Shown: piece by piece, positions 26,673-36,683 of the stretch | Layout: each line of letters starts with the position of its first letter | Numbering within the stretch: position 1 is the first letter of the stretch | Source: Oscillospiraceae bacterium | Lineage (GTDB): Bacteria; Bacillota; Clostridia; Oscillospirales; Oscillospiraceae | Length of the DNA stretch: 64,000 nucleotides | Assembly (NCBI GenBank): GCA_017428565.1 | Contig: JAFRQP010000088.1 | Location: 28,651-92,650 of the forward strand | Direction: 5' to 3' | Translations under genes and position numbers: made by a program | The notes under the pieces: model-generated | Database searches by the model: none | What the model saw: the letters and a program-made list of their open reading frames with translations, nothing else | What the model was told of the DNA's origin: nothing

Positions 26673-29588
26673 TTACTCGGTCCGCAGCGCTTCCACGGGG
26701 TCTTTCTTCGCGGCGAGACCGGAGGGGATCAGACCGGCGATATAGGTCAGCAGCACGCTGATGCCCACAAGCGCCGCCCCGCCTGTCGGGGGAAGGGAGG
26801 AATTCAAGGACATGATGCCGGTCAGATTATGGACGATGATATTGATAGGGATATTCAGTAACAGGGTGAGGACGATGCCGATCACGCCGGCCGTCAGACC
26901 GATGATAAAGGTTTCGGCATTGAATACCCGGGAAACGTCCCGCTTGGAGGCGCCGATGGCCCGCAGGATGCCGATTTCCTTGGTGCGCTCCAGTACGCTG
27001 ATATAGGTGATGATGCCGATCATGATGGAGGAGACCACCAGGGAAATGGCGACAAAGGCGATCAGCACATAGCTGATCACGTTGATGATGGTGGTGATGG
27101 AGCTCATCAGCAGAGCGACTACGTCCGTATAGCTGATTTGATCCTCCTCCGGAACACTGGCGTTGTAATGTTCGATCGCCGCGGAGATATTGTCCTTTGC
27201 CTCAAAGGAGGAGGCATAGATGTTGATGGCGCTGGGGTTCTCCAGATCCACGTAGCCCAGCTTCTTGAGCGTGTCCTTCACGCTTCCGGATGCGTACACG
27301 GGCGGCATGGCATTTTCATAGATCCAGATGTAGTCGTCCTCTTCCAGAGAAAGCAGCGCGAAGTCCGCCGCCAGCTCCTCCGGGGTCAATTCGGCGTACA
27401 GCTCCCGCATCTGGGCAGAGTATTGGGCTCTGGCCTGTTCGCCGATCATCTGGCTCATATAGCTGTTGAGCATGTTGTCGTCCATCTGGCTGAGCATGGA
27501 GGCGTATTCGGGGTAATACTCCAGAATGGTTTTTTCGATATCTTCCCGGGAAGTGCCCTCCATTTGCTCGTCGATGATCTGCTGCAGATAAGCGTCGTCC
27601 GGCTCGCACATATAGGTGATGTAAAGCTCCGCCAGCTCCTCTGTGGAGGCGTTTGCGATGTAGTCCTTGGCCGCGTCCACCTTTTTGGCGCGGGTCATGG
27701 CCTCGTCGCCGTTGTCCAGATAGGGCAGACCGGTAAATACGTCATGCTCCGGGTCGGCAAGCTGGCGCTTGACCAGATCTTTTTCTGCGCTCTCCGCCGC
27801 GATGTGCTCCACCAGCGCGTGGGGATAGCCGACGGAGCCCGTCAGCATCCCGGACAGCGCGTCGTTGTTCTGCCGGATAATGCCAACGATCCGGATTTCC
27901 AGGCCGTTGTTGTACAGCGTGCGAAGGCCCAGCTCCTCCTGGGTCAGATCAATGTATTCGCCGGTCTCTTCGTTGTATTGATACTGATCCGCCGGGTAGA
28001 TATAGCGGAAGCTCTTTCCGCAGATCTCCTCGTAGCTCCAGCTTTCCACCGTGTTGTCCAGCTCTTCCGCGGAAACGATGGCCTGCATGCTCACCGCAAT
28101 AGAAGCATTGGACTTGAGCCCCAGGGAATAGAGCACCAGGTCGGAAACCTCATTGTTCTCGTTTACGATGAGCACGACCTCGTTGTAGGCTTGGGGCCAG
28201 CGCCCGTAGACCATCTCATACTGCTGCATCAGCAGGGGATTGATGAGCTCTCCGTTTTCTCCGGGCAGCATCTCCTGCCAGACGTTGAAATTGCTGTAGA
28301 TCTGTCCGTAGGTGGAGAAATAGCTGCTGTAATCGCCGCCGAATGTGGCGGACATGGCGGTTTGGAGGATCTGGACGGCGTCGGTCTTGCCGATATGGCC
28401 GTTGGCGTCCTCCGCGTAGGGCGTCATATCTATGTCATAGGAATACTGAACGGTGCTGATAAAGGGTGCGATCTCGCTGTTCTCATCTTCCAGATAGGCC
28501 CGGAAGGCGCGGAGATTGTTGGAATTCACATCCGTGCTGATCACGGAGTTGACCATATTGTACAGGACGTTACTGGAATACACCGCGTCATTTTCATGAT
28601 GATAAGTTGCGCTTTCAGCCTGCGCGCCCATCAGCGAGGCCATCATGGCCGTCATATCCACGCTCTCCGCCTGAATGGTGATGGGATAGCTGGACAGCGT
28701 ATCCTCCTGCACCTTGTCGATATAGTTCTGGATGCCGTTGGACAAGGACATAATAAGGGCGATGCCGATGATCCCGATGCTGCCGGAAAAAGCGGTCAGC
28801 AGGGTACGGGTCTTCTTGGTCATCAGATTGTTGAGGGACAGGGCAAGGGCGGTGAAAAAGTGCATGGTGGTCTTTTTGCCCAGGGGCCCGACTGCGGCGT
28901 CGTCCTTCGCGTCGAAGGGGTCGCTGTCGCCCACGATAAGACCGTCCTTCAGCCGAATGATCCGGCTGGCATAGTCGTTTGCCAGGTCCGGGTTATGCGT
29001 GACCATGATGATGAGCTTGTCCTTGGCGACCTCTTTCAAAATCTCCATGATCTGCACGGAGGTGTCGGAGTCCAGAGCACCGGTTGGCTCGTCCGCCAGG
29101 AGGATATCCGGATTGTTGACCAGGGCGCGGGCGATGGCCACGCGCTGCATCTGTCCGCCGGAGAGCTGGTTGGGTTTTTTGTTGATCTGATCTCCGAGGC
29201 CGACCTTTTCCAGCGCTTCGACGGCGCGGGTCCTGCGTTCCGCCGCCCCGACGCCGGAGAGGGTAAGCGCAAGCTCCACGTTGGAAAGCACCGTCTGATG
29301 GGGGATCAGGTTGTAGGACTGGAAGACGAAGCCGATGGAGTTGTTGCGGTAGGTGTCCCAATCGCTGTCGGTGAACTTTTTGGTGGATTTGCCGTTGATC
29401 ACAAGGTCGCCGGAGCTGTATTGATCGAGTCCGCCGATAATATTCAAAAGCGTGGTTTTCCCGCAGCCGGAGTGCCCCAGGATCGCGACGAATTCGTGTT
29501 CACGAAAACTGAGGTCGATGCCCTTTAGGGCGTTTACGGTGAAATCCCCAACGTGATAATCCTTCTTGACGGAAATGAGTTTCAGCAT
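26673..29588 (-). CDS. Fused ABC transporter ATP-binding protein/permease (MacB/FtsX type) with a very large extracytoplasmic domain
   Basis: Walker [10 protein letters not shown], signature [15 protein letters not shown] and Walker [13 protein letters not shown]. These are followed by TM1, about 540 aa of non-membrane sequence and a C-terminal FtsX 3-TM bundle ([19 protein letters not shown]). Confidence 0.88.
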
Positions 29589-29601
29589 GTTTTTCCCTCA
29601 C

Positions 29602-29630
29602 TTGACAGTTCCCGGAAACTGCGGTAGAAT
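29602..29630 (+). promoter_or_regulatory. Sigma-A type promoter for tRNA-Arg
   Basis: TTGACA, 17 nt spacer, TAGAAT, about 80 nt upstream of the tRNA. Confidence 0.6.
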
Positions 29631-29709
29631 AAGCGAGCTTTTAAGCCGGAGGCGAGAGGCGATGGATCATCGACGGCGCCATTCGCTTCCCTCAGCCTGA
29701 AAGCAATAC

Positions 29710-29786
29710 GCCCACGTAGCTCAGCAGGATAGAGCGGCCGCCTCCTAAGCGGCAGGACAGAGGTTCGAATCCTCCCGTGGGTGCCA
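29710..29786 (+). tRNA. tRNA-Arg (anticodon CCU), CCA encoded
   Basis: Hand-folded cloverleaf:
- Acceptor stem GCCCACG/CGTGGGT, with a G1-U72 pair.
- D arm GCTC-AGCAGGATA-GAGC.
- Anticodon arm GCCGC-CTCCTAA-GCGGC.
- T arm AGAGG-TTCGAAT-CCTCC.
- Discriminator G followed by CCA. Confidence 0.9.
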
Positions 29787-29792
29787 GTTCTG

Positions 29793-29832
29793 AAGCCGAA
29801 AGCCTTTGTCAACAAGGGTTTCCGGCTTTTTG
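29793..29832 (+). terminator. Rho-independent terminator after tRNA-Arg
   Basis: Long imperfect hairpin AAGCCGAAAGCCTTTG...CAAGGGTTTCCGGCTT followed by TTTTG. Confidence 0.65.
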
Positions 29833-30006
29833 CTATTATAGCACATCCTCCTTGTAAAGCAAAAGAAATTGTATGAATAATTCATCAATTCTTACGAGCT
29901 TTTGTATCCGCTTGTCATTCTTTTTTGACGGAAAATTAACATAGATTTTACAGCCTATTCACGCGTTATTCAGCATTTTTCGTGAGATTCCTGATATTAT
30001 AATATT

Positions 30007-30178
30007 GCTCTGAAGAGCCGATACATACAAAAGACTGGTGACGTTTTCGCCCCGATGCCGCGGCCTCGCTGCGGATAAAGCCTACGGGGAAGGACGTCCA
30101 TGAAAGCCAGTAGTCTCTTTCCCTTGGGCGTGGTTCAAATGGCGAACCACGCCCAAGACCATTTCTGAAAGGCAGAGC
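30007..30178 (+). ncRNA. Candidate structured non-coding RNA (unknown class)
   Basis: Hand-folded structure with these elements:
- Closing pair GCTCTG (30007-12) / CAGAGC (30173-78).
- A long helix AGACTGG-GACG-CCCCG (30032-54) / CGGGG-CGTC-CCAGTAGTCT (30085-116).
- A perfect 14-bp hairpin CTTGGGCGTGGTTC / GAACCACGCCCAAG (30123-57).

A TATAAT lies at 29998-30003. There is no convincing ORF, and strand and extent are uncertain. Confidence 0.3.
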
Positions 30179-30209
30179 GCGATTGAGTTTTATGATACAG
30201 GCGCAGGGC

Positions 30210-30238
30210 TTGAAAAAAGTGAGACAGCATGATACAAT
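30210..30238 (+). promoter_or_regulatory. Sigma-A type promoter for tlpA-trxA
   Basis: TTGAAA, 17 nt spacer, TACAAT with an upstream TG (TGATACAAT). Confidence 0.55.
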
Positions 30239-30325
30239 CAGGCTGTGAAACGAAATCGGAGCGGCTCGGCATCCGCCTGCTGCGTGTATGCCGGGAGGAC
30301 GCGGATTTCTGCCTGAGAGGTGCAC

Positions 30326-30985
30326 ATGAATCGAAATATTTTAACCATACTATTATTGGTTTGCTCTTTGTTGCTGCTCTTCGGCGGCGGCGTGCTGTAT
30401 TTCACGCTGAACGAGGGAGCGACGGAGCCGACCGGAACCGAGCCTTTCCAGATTGAACAGGAGGCGGAGCCTTCCATAGATCCCGAAGGCGGGATCCTGA
30501 TCGAAGGCGGCGGATCGGGCGAAGAGGGGAATGCGGCGGAGATCGTTCCGGACGACAGCGATCTGGATCCGGCGCCGGACTTTCTGATGACAGACCGTGA
30601 CGGTGCGGAGCATCATCTGTCCGAATACTTTGGCAAGCCCATCATCATCAATTTCTGGGCAACCTGGTGCGGCCCCTGCCAGGCGGAGCTTCCTTTTTTC
30701 CAGCAGGCTTACGCCAGCTATGGCGACAGGATCTGTTTTTTGATGATTGACCTGGTGGACGGGAGCTATGAGACGGAGGAATCCGGCAAATCCTTCGTGG
30801 AAGTCATGGGATACAGCTTCCCGCTTTACTTTGACGCGTACGGGGACGGCTCGATGGCCTACGAAATCGAGGCTATCCCGCTTACGATCGTCATCAACGC
30901 GAACGGACGCATTTTGGCAACGCATCTCGGCTCCATGTCGGAATCGGAGCTGCAGGAACTGATCGACATGGCCCTCAAGGGATAA
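30326..30985 (+). CDS. TlpA/ResA-family membrane-anchored thiol:disulfide oxidoreductase
   Basis: N-terminal TM anchor and [16 protein letters not shown] active site. ATG at 30326 lies 6 nt after GAGAGG. Confidence 0.85.
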   Translation: MNRNILTILLLVCSLLLLFGGGVLYFTLNEGATEPTGTEPFQIEQEAEPSIDPEGGILIEGGGSGEEGNAAEIVPDDSDLDPAPDFLMTDRDGAEHHLSEYFGKPIIINFWATWCGPCQAELPFFQQAYASYGDRICFLMIDLVDGSYETEESGKSFVEVMGYSFPLYFDAYGDGSMAYEIEAIPLTIVINANGRILATHLGSMSESELQELIDMALKG

Positions 30986-31008
30986 GATAAACAGAAAGGA
31001 GAAAACCA

Positions 31009-31320
31009 ATGTCTGAAATCATTTTGACAGCTGAAAATTTTGAGAAGGAGGTGCTCAATTCCGAGATCCCCGTGCTGGTGGATTTCTGGGCAACCTGGTG
31101 CGGCCCCTGCCGCATGCTGGCCCCCGTGATCGCCCAGATCGCCCAGGAGCAGAAGGGCAAGATCAAGGTCGGCAAGATCGATGTGGACGAGCAGCCGGAG
31201 CTGGCCATTCGCTACGGTATTGCCAGCATCCCCACGCTGAAGGTCTTCAAAAACGGCCAGGTCGTCAATTCCTCGGTGGGCGTGATCCCCAAGCCCATGA
31301 TTGAGCAGCTGCTTGCCTGA
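31009..31320 (+). CDS. trxA: Thioredoxin
   Basis: 103 aa with [26 protein letters not shown]. Confidence 0.93.
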
Positions 31321-31333
31321 GTCTCGAAACAGC

Positions 31334-31362
31334 AAAAAACCACGGAGAGATCCGTGGTTTTT
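31334..31362. terminator. Bidirectional terminator between trxA and the PIG-L gene
   Basis: AAAAAACCACGG-AGAGAT-CCGTGGTTTTT. Confidence 0.75.
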
Positions 31363-31374
31363 GCATGTATAGGA

Positions 31375-32148
31375 TCATTTTCCCGCTTCCGGCAGACAGT
31401 GCATCTGGGTTTTCCCCAGCACGCGGAAGCCCTCCGCGGCGGGAGAGAGGCATCGCAGACCGTGGTCGGCAGATCGCAGCTTCAGATAGAGACGGATCGA
31501 CTTCGCGTCGTCACAGTCGGGCGGGAACTGGCTGGTATGGCATTGGAAGATCGAGTCCAGCTGCCGCTGGAGATAACCCTTGGTCTTAACGTAGCGATTG
31601 GGTTTTGCGGTCATGAAGAAGGCAAGGGCTTTTAGCTTCGCTGCCTGGCCTCCGTATTGCTGGATGAGCTCGGCATGAGAGGTGAAGCAGGCCAGGGTTT
31701 TCGCCGCTTCTCCCACACAACGGTGGTCGATGTGGCATTCGCTGCTGACGTCCGGATCGGGCGCCAGGATCACGTCCGGCTGAAAGGCGCCGACAATGTG
31801 GGCGACCGCGCGGAGCAGATCCTTGGGCTCATAGAGACCGCCGTCGCTGAAATCCAGGAAACAGACGTCTTTTACGCCCAGGAGGGCGGCGGATCTTCGC
31901 GCTTCCTCCCGCCGGATCGGGATCAGCCCCTCGGGCGTTGTGTCTTTGGGGGCGTTTGAAAGTCCGTAGCGCCCGTCGGTGCAGATGAGAAAGCAGATGT
32001 CTTTTCCGGCGTCGGCCAGCTTCGCGGCGGTGGCGCCGGCGCCGATCTCAATATCGTCGGGATGCGGTCCCAGGAACAGGTATCGCTGATATCCCTCCAG
32101 ATCCGGGAGAGGCGCTGCAAAATGAAGAACAGCAGTGGTAAGGCTCAT
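31375..32148 (-). CDS. PIG-L/LmbE family N-acetylglucosaminyl deacetylase
   Basis: FLGPHPDDIEIGAG and ECHIDH motifs. ATGA overlap with the upstream transporter stop. Confidence 0.8.
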   Translation of the reverse strand: MSLTTAVLHFAAPLPDLEGYQRYLFLGPHPDDIEIGAGATAAKLADAGKDICFLICTDGRYGLSNAPKDTTPEGLIPIRREEARRSAALLGVKDVCFLDFSDGGLYEPKDLLRAVAHIVGAFQPDVILAPDPDVSSECHIDHRCVGEAAKTLACFTSHAELIQQYGGQAAKLKALAFFMTAKPNRYVKTKGYLQRQLDSIFQCHTSQFPPDCDDAKSIRLYLKLRSADHGLRCLSPAAEGFRVLGKTQMHCLPEAGK

Positions 32149-33653
32149 GGCGTATCCGTCTCCTTGGTTTTGAGCTTGAGTTCGGCGCAGATGCGGTCAT
32201 ATTCCGGCTCGTCAAGCGTGTAGTGTTTCTTGTACATCCAGTAGGAGATCAGCATCAGCAGGAAGGGAAGGACCGTCATCACAAGCAGCAGACCGCCGCT
32301 TTGAGAGGGCTGCACGTCCTGCAGGAGAGCCGCGATCTGCTCATTCTTGCTGGCCTCGGTGATGAGCTGCTCGTTGCACTGGGTCTCCAGATCGGCAATA
32401 CCGTTGGTGTAGTGCAGAATGCCGAAGATCACATAGGTCAGGTACGCGATGGCCACGTTCAGCGCGGAGGCAAGCTTGGTGATGAAGGGGCGAAGGGAGG
32501 TAATGATGCCCTCGTCCCGGGTGCCGCGCTTCAGCTCATTGTACTCCACGGTGTTCATGACGGAGATCATCATGATCAGATAGAAGCCGTACTGCCCGAA
32601 GTTTGCGAACATATAGCCCAGAGTGACCACGACGAACTTGAGATCATAGCCGGCAAGGCTGCCCGCGCCCTTATGCATGAACAGATAGGCGAAGAGCATC
32701 AGCGCATAGCCGAAGGTCGCGACCAGCATCATGATGTCCATAAAGCGCTTGCGCGGCACTTTGCGGGAGATCATGGGGTAGAAGATCATCAGGAAACCCG
32801 TGACCGCCATACCCACGATCTGGAACATGGAGAAGAAGCCGCCTTCGTAGCCAAACTCCATGTAGATATAGTTCTGACCGACGCCGGAAAGCACAATGCC
32901 GTTTCCGATCTGCTGGATCAGAAGAATGAATGCGATCCACAGCAGCTGATCGTTGCCCCGGATGGTGGACCAGATTTTTTTGAAGCTGACCGGCGGCGCG
33001 GGCTCGTCATTGCAGTCCCGCTGCTCTTTGACGCCGAAAACCGTGATGGCCAGAAAAGCGGGGGCCAGAATGGCGATCACCAGCGCGATCACGCCGTAGG
33101 CGGTGATGGCGTTGCCGCCGATGGCGCTCTCGCCGTTTGTGAGCTTGGGGATCAGCACGGAAGCGGTCAGGCCGCCGATGCCGGCAAAGAGGGTAGTGCG
33201 GGCGGTGAACTTGTTGCGCGTGTCCGCATCGGAGCTCAGCGCCGGGATCATGCCCCAATAGGAAATGTCATGCATGGTGTAGGTGATGCTGTAGAGGAAA
33301 TACATCACCCCAAAGAAGACCACGAAGGGCCAGCCGCGCAGGTTCAGGTTGAAGGTCAGATAGATGACCACAGAGGTCGTCAGGATACCGATGACCAGCC
33401 AGGGCTTGAATTTGCCCCAGCGGCTGCGGGTGCGCTCGATGATATTGCCCATAATGGGGTCGTTCAGCGCGTCGAACACACGGGCGGCGATCATGATGAT
33501 GGTGATCACGCCCAACTGCGCAGCGTTCAGTCCCTTGGTGTACAGAACGAAGGCCAAAAGATAGCTGGTGACCAGATTGTAGACCATGTCGCGGCCCACA
33601 GTGCCGAGGGGGAAAAACCATAGATTTTTCTGGGTGATGGCTTTGTCTTCCAT
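32145..33653 (-). CDS. Glycoside-pentoside-hexuronide (GPH):cation symporter family transporter
   Basis: About 500 aa with 12 TM helices. The N-terminal FPLGTVGRDMVYNLV...DALNDPIMGNIIERTRSRWGKFKPW is the GPH/MelB signature. ATG at 33653 (MEDK) lies 10 nt after AAGGAG. Confidence 0.85.
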   Translation of the reverse strand: MEDKAITQKNLWFFPLGTVGRDMVYNLVTSYLLAFVLYTKGLNAAQLGVITIIMIAARVFDALNDPIMGNIIERTRSRWGKFKPWLVIGILTTSVVIYLTFNLNLRGWPFVVFFGVMYFLYSITYTMHDISYWGMIPALSSDADTRNKFTARTTLFAGIGGLTASVLIPKLTNGESAIGGNAITAYGVIALVIAILAPAFLAITVFGVKEQRDCNDEPAPPVSFKKIWSTIRGNDQLLWIAFILLIQQIGNGIVLSGVGQNYIYMEFGYEGGFFSMFQIVGMAVTGFLMIFYPMISRKVPRKRFMDIMMLVATFGYALMLFAYLFMHKGAGSLAGYDLKFVVVTLGYMFANFGQYGFYLIMMISVMNTVEYNELKRGTRDEGIITSLRPFITKLASALNVAIAYLTYVIFGILHYTNGIADLETQCNEQLITEASKNEQIAALLQDVQPSQSGGLLLVMTVLPFLLMLISYWMYKKHYTLDEPEYDRICAELKLKTKETDTP

Positions 33654-33674
33654 ATGTATCATCTCCTTGCATGC

Positions 33675-33703
33675 ATTGTAGCACCGCCGCTTAACTCTTG
33701 CAA
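33675..33703 (-). promoter_or_regulatory. Sigma-A type promoter for the GPH-PIG-L operon
   Basis: On the minus strand: TTGCAA, 17 nt spacer, TACAAT. Confidence 0.55.
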
Positions 33704-33918
33704 GGAAAAGAAGCGGAGGCTTTTTTATTTCGGAAGCAGACTATGATTTTCTGCTTTTTCCTATGAAAGAGATTATTTCGGTAAAAAAGCGGAGAGTGGG
33801 GGACCTGTCTCGCAAGATTTTGGATAATCTGCCGCCTTGACGTGGATGGATGGCTGGTATAAACTCACAGAGTGGGTTTGATTTGCGCCCAAATATGAAA
33901 TGAAAAGAGGTTGAACCT

Positions 33919-36012
<2,094 letters not shown>

Positions 36013-36021
36013 TTGAACCAT

Positions 36022-36061
36022 AAAAAGGATACCGAAGCTGATTGCTTCGGTATCCTTTTTT
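36022..36061. terminator. Bidirectional terminator between glnN and the metallophosphoesterase gene
   Basis: AAAAAGGATACCGAAGC-TGATT-GCTTCGGTATCCTTTTTT. Confidence 0.8.
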
Positions 36062-36665
36062 ATGGTTTCGGATCGGGGATCTCCAGGATCCGCGCGCCAC
36101 AGGCGTTGATGATCCGCGTTTCCCCCCTCTGCAGGTCGCCGTTGCGACGCTCGGTATAGCTGGGGTGAATATGGCCGTGGATCCAATAGCCGGGCTTCTG
36201 CTCGTCGATCAAATCCACGAAGGACTCAAAACCGCGGTGCACCAGATCCTCCTGGTCGCCGAGACCGCGGGGAGGCGCGTGGCTTATGACGATGTCCACG
36301 CCATTCATTTTGCGCAGCTTGCGGCGCAGCTTGCGGATCCTATCGGCCATCTGTTTTTCCGTGTATTGGTGAGGCCCCTTGTTGTAGAGCGGACAGCCGC
36401 CCAAGCCCATGATCCGCAGCCCCTTCACGCAAACCAGATCCCCATCAATGCAGTCGCAGCCCTCCGGCGGGATCTTCTCGTAACAACCGTCGTGGTTTCC
36501 GTGGATGTACAGCAGGGGAGCGCGCCCCATGGTCACCAGAAATTCCAGATAATCCGGCTTCAGATCCCCGGCGGAGAGGATCAGATCGATGCCGGACAGC
36601 TTGCCGGGCCGATAATAATCCCAATATGCGGCGCTTTCTTCATCTGAAATCAGCAGCAGCTTCAT
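36060..36665 (-). CDS. Metallophosphoesterase (calcineurin-like, YfcE-type)
   Basis: LLLISDEE...ILSAGDL...LYIHGNHD...GHIH motifs. It starts 19 nt after the upstream gene's stop. Confidence 0.8.
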   Translation of the reverse strand: MKLLLISDEESAAYWDYYRPGKLSGIDLILSAGDLKPDYLEFLVTMGRAPLLYIHGNHDGCYEKIPPEGCDCIDGDLVCVKGLRIMGLGGCPLYNKGPHQYTEKQMADRIRKLRRKLRKMNGVDIVISHAPPRGLGDQEDLVHRGFESFVDLIDEQKPGYWIHGHIHPSYTERRNGDLQRGETRIINACGARILEIPDPKP

Positions 36666-36683
36666 GGCAGCATCCTCCAGAAA

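Noticed and set aside
29966-30325. A 119-aa minus-strand ORF in the tRNA-tlpA spacer.
   Set aside because: It has no RBS and a non-protein-like composition. It runs antisense through the tlpA promoter and leader and through the structured segment.
33684-33727. A terminator-like hairpin plus T-run on the + strand in the divergent GPH/glnN spacer.
   Set aside because: No + strand gene lies upstream to terminate. The stem overlaps the -35/-10 of the minus-strand transporter promoter, so it is probably fortuitous.
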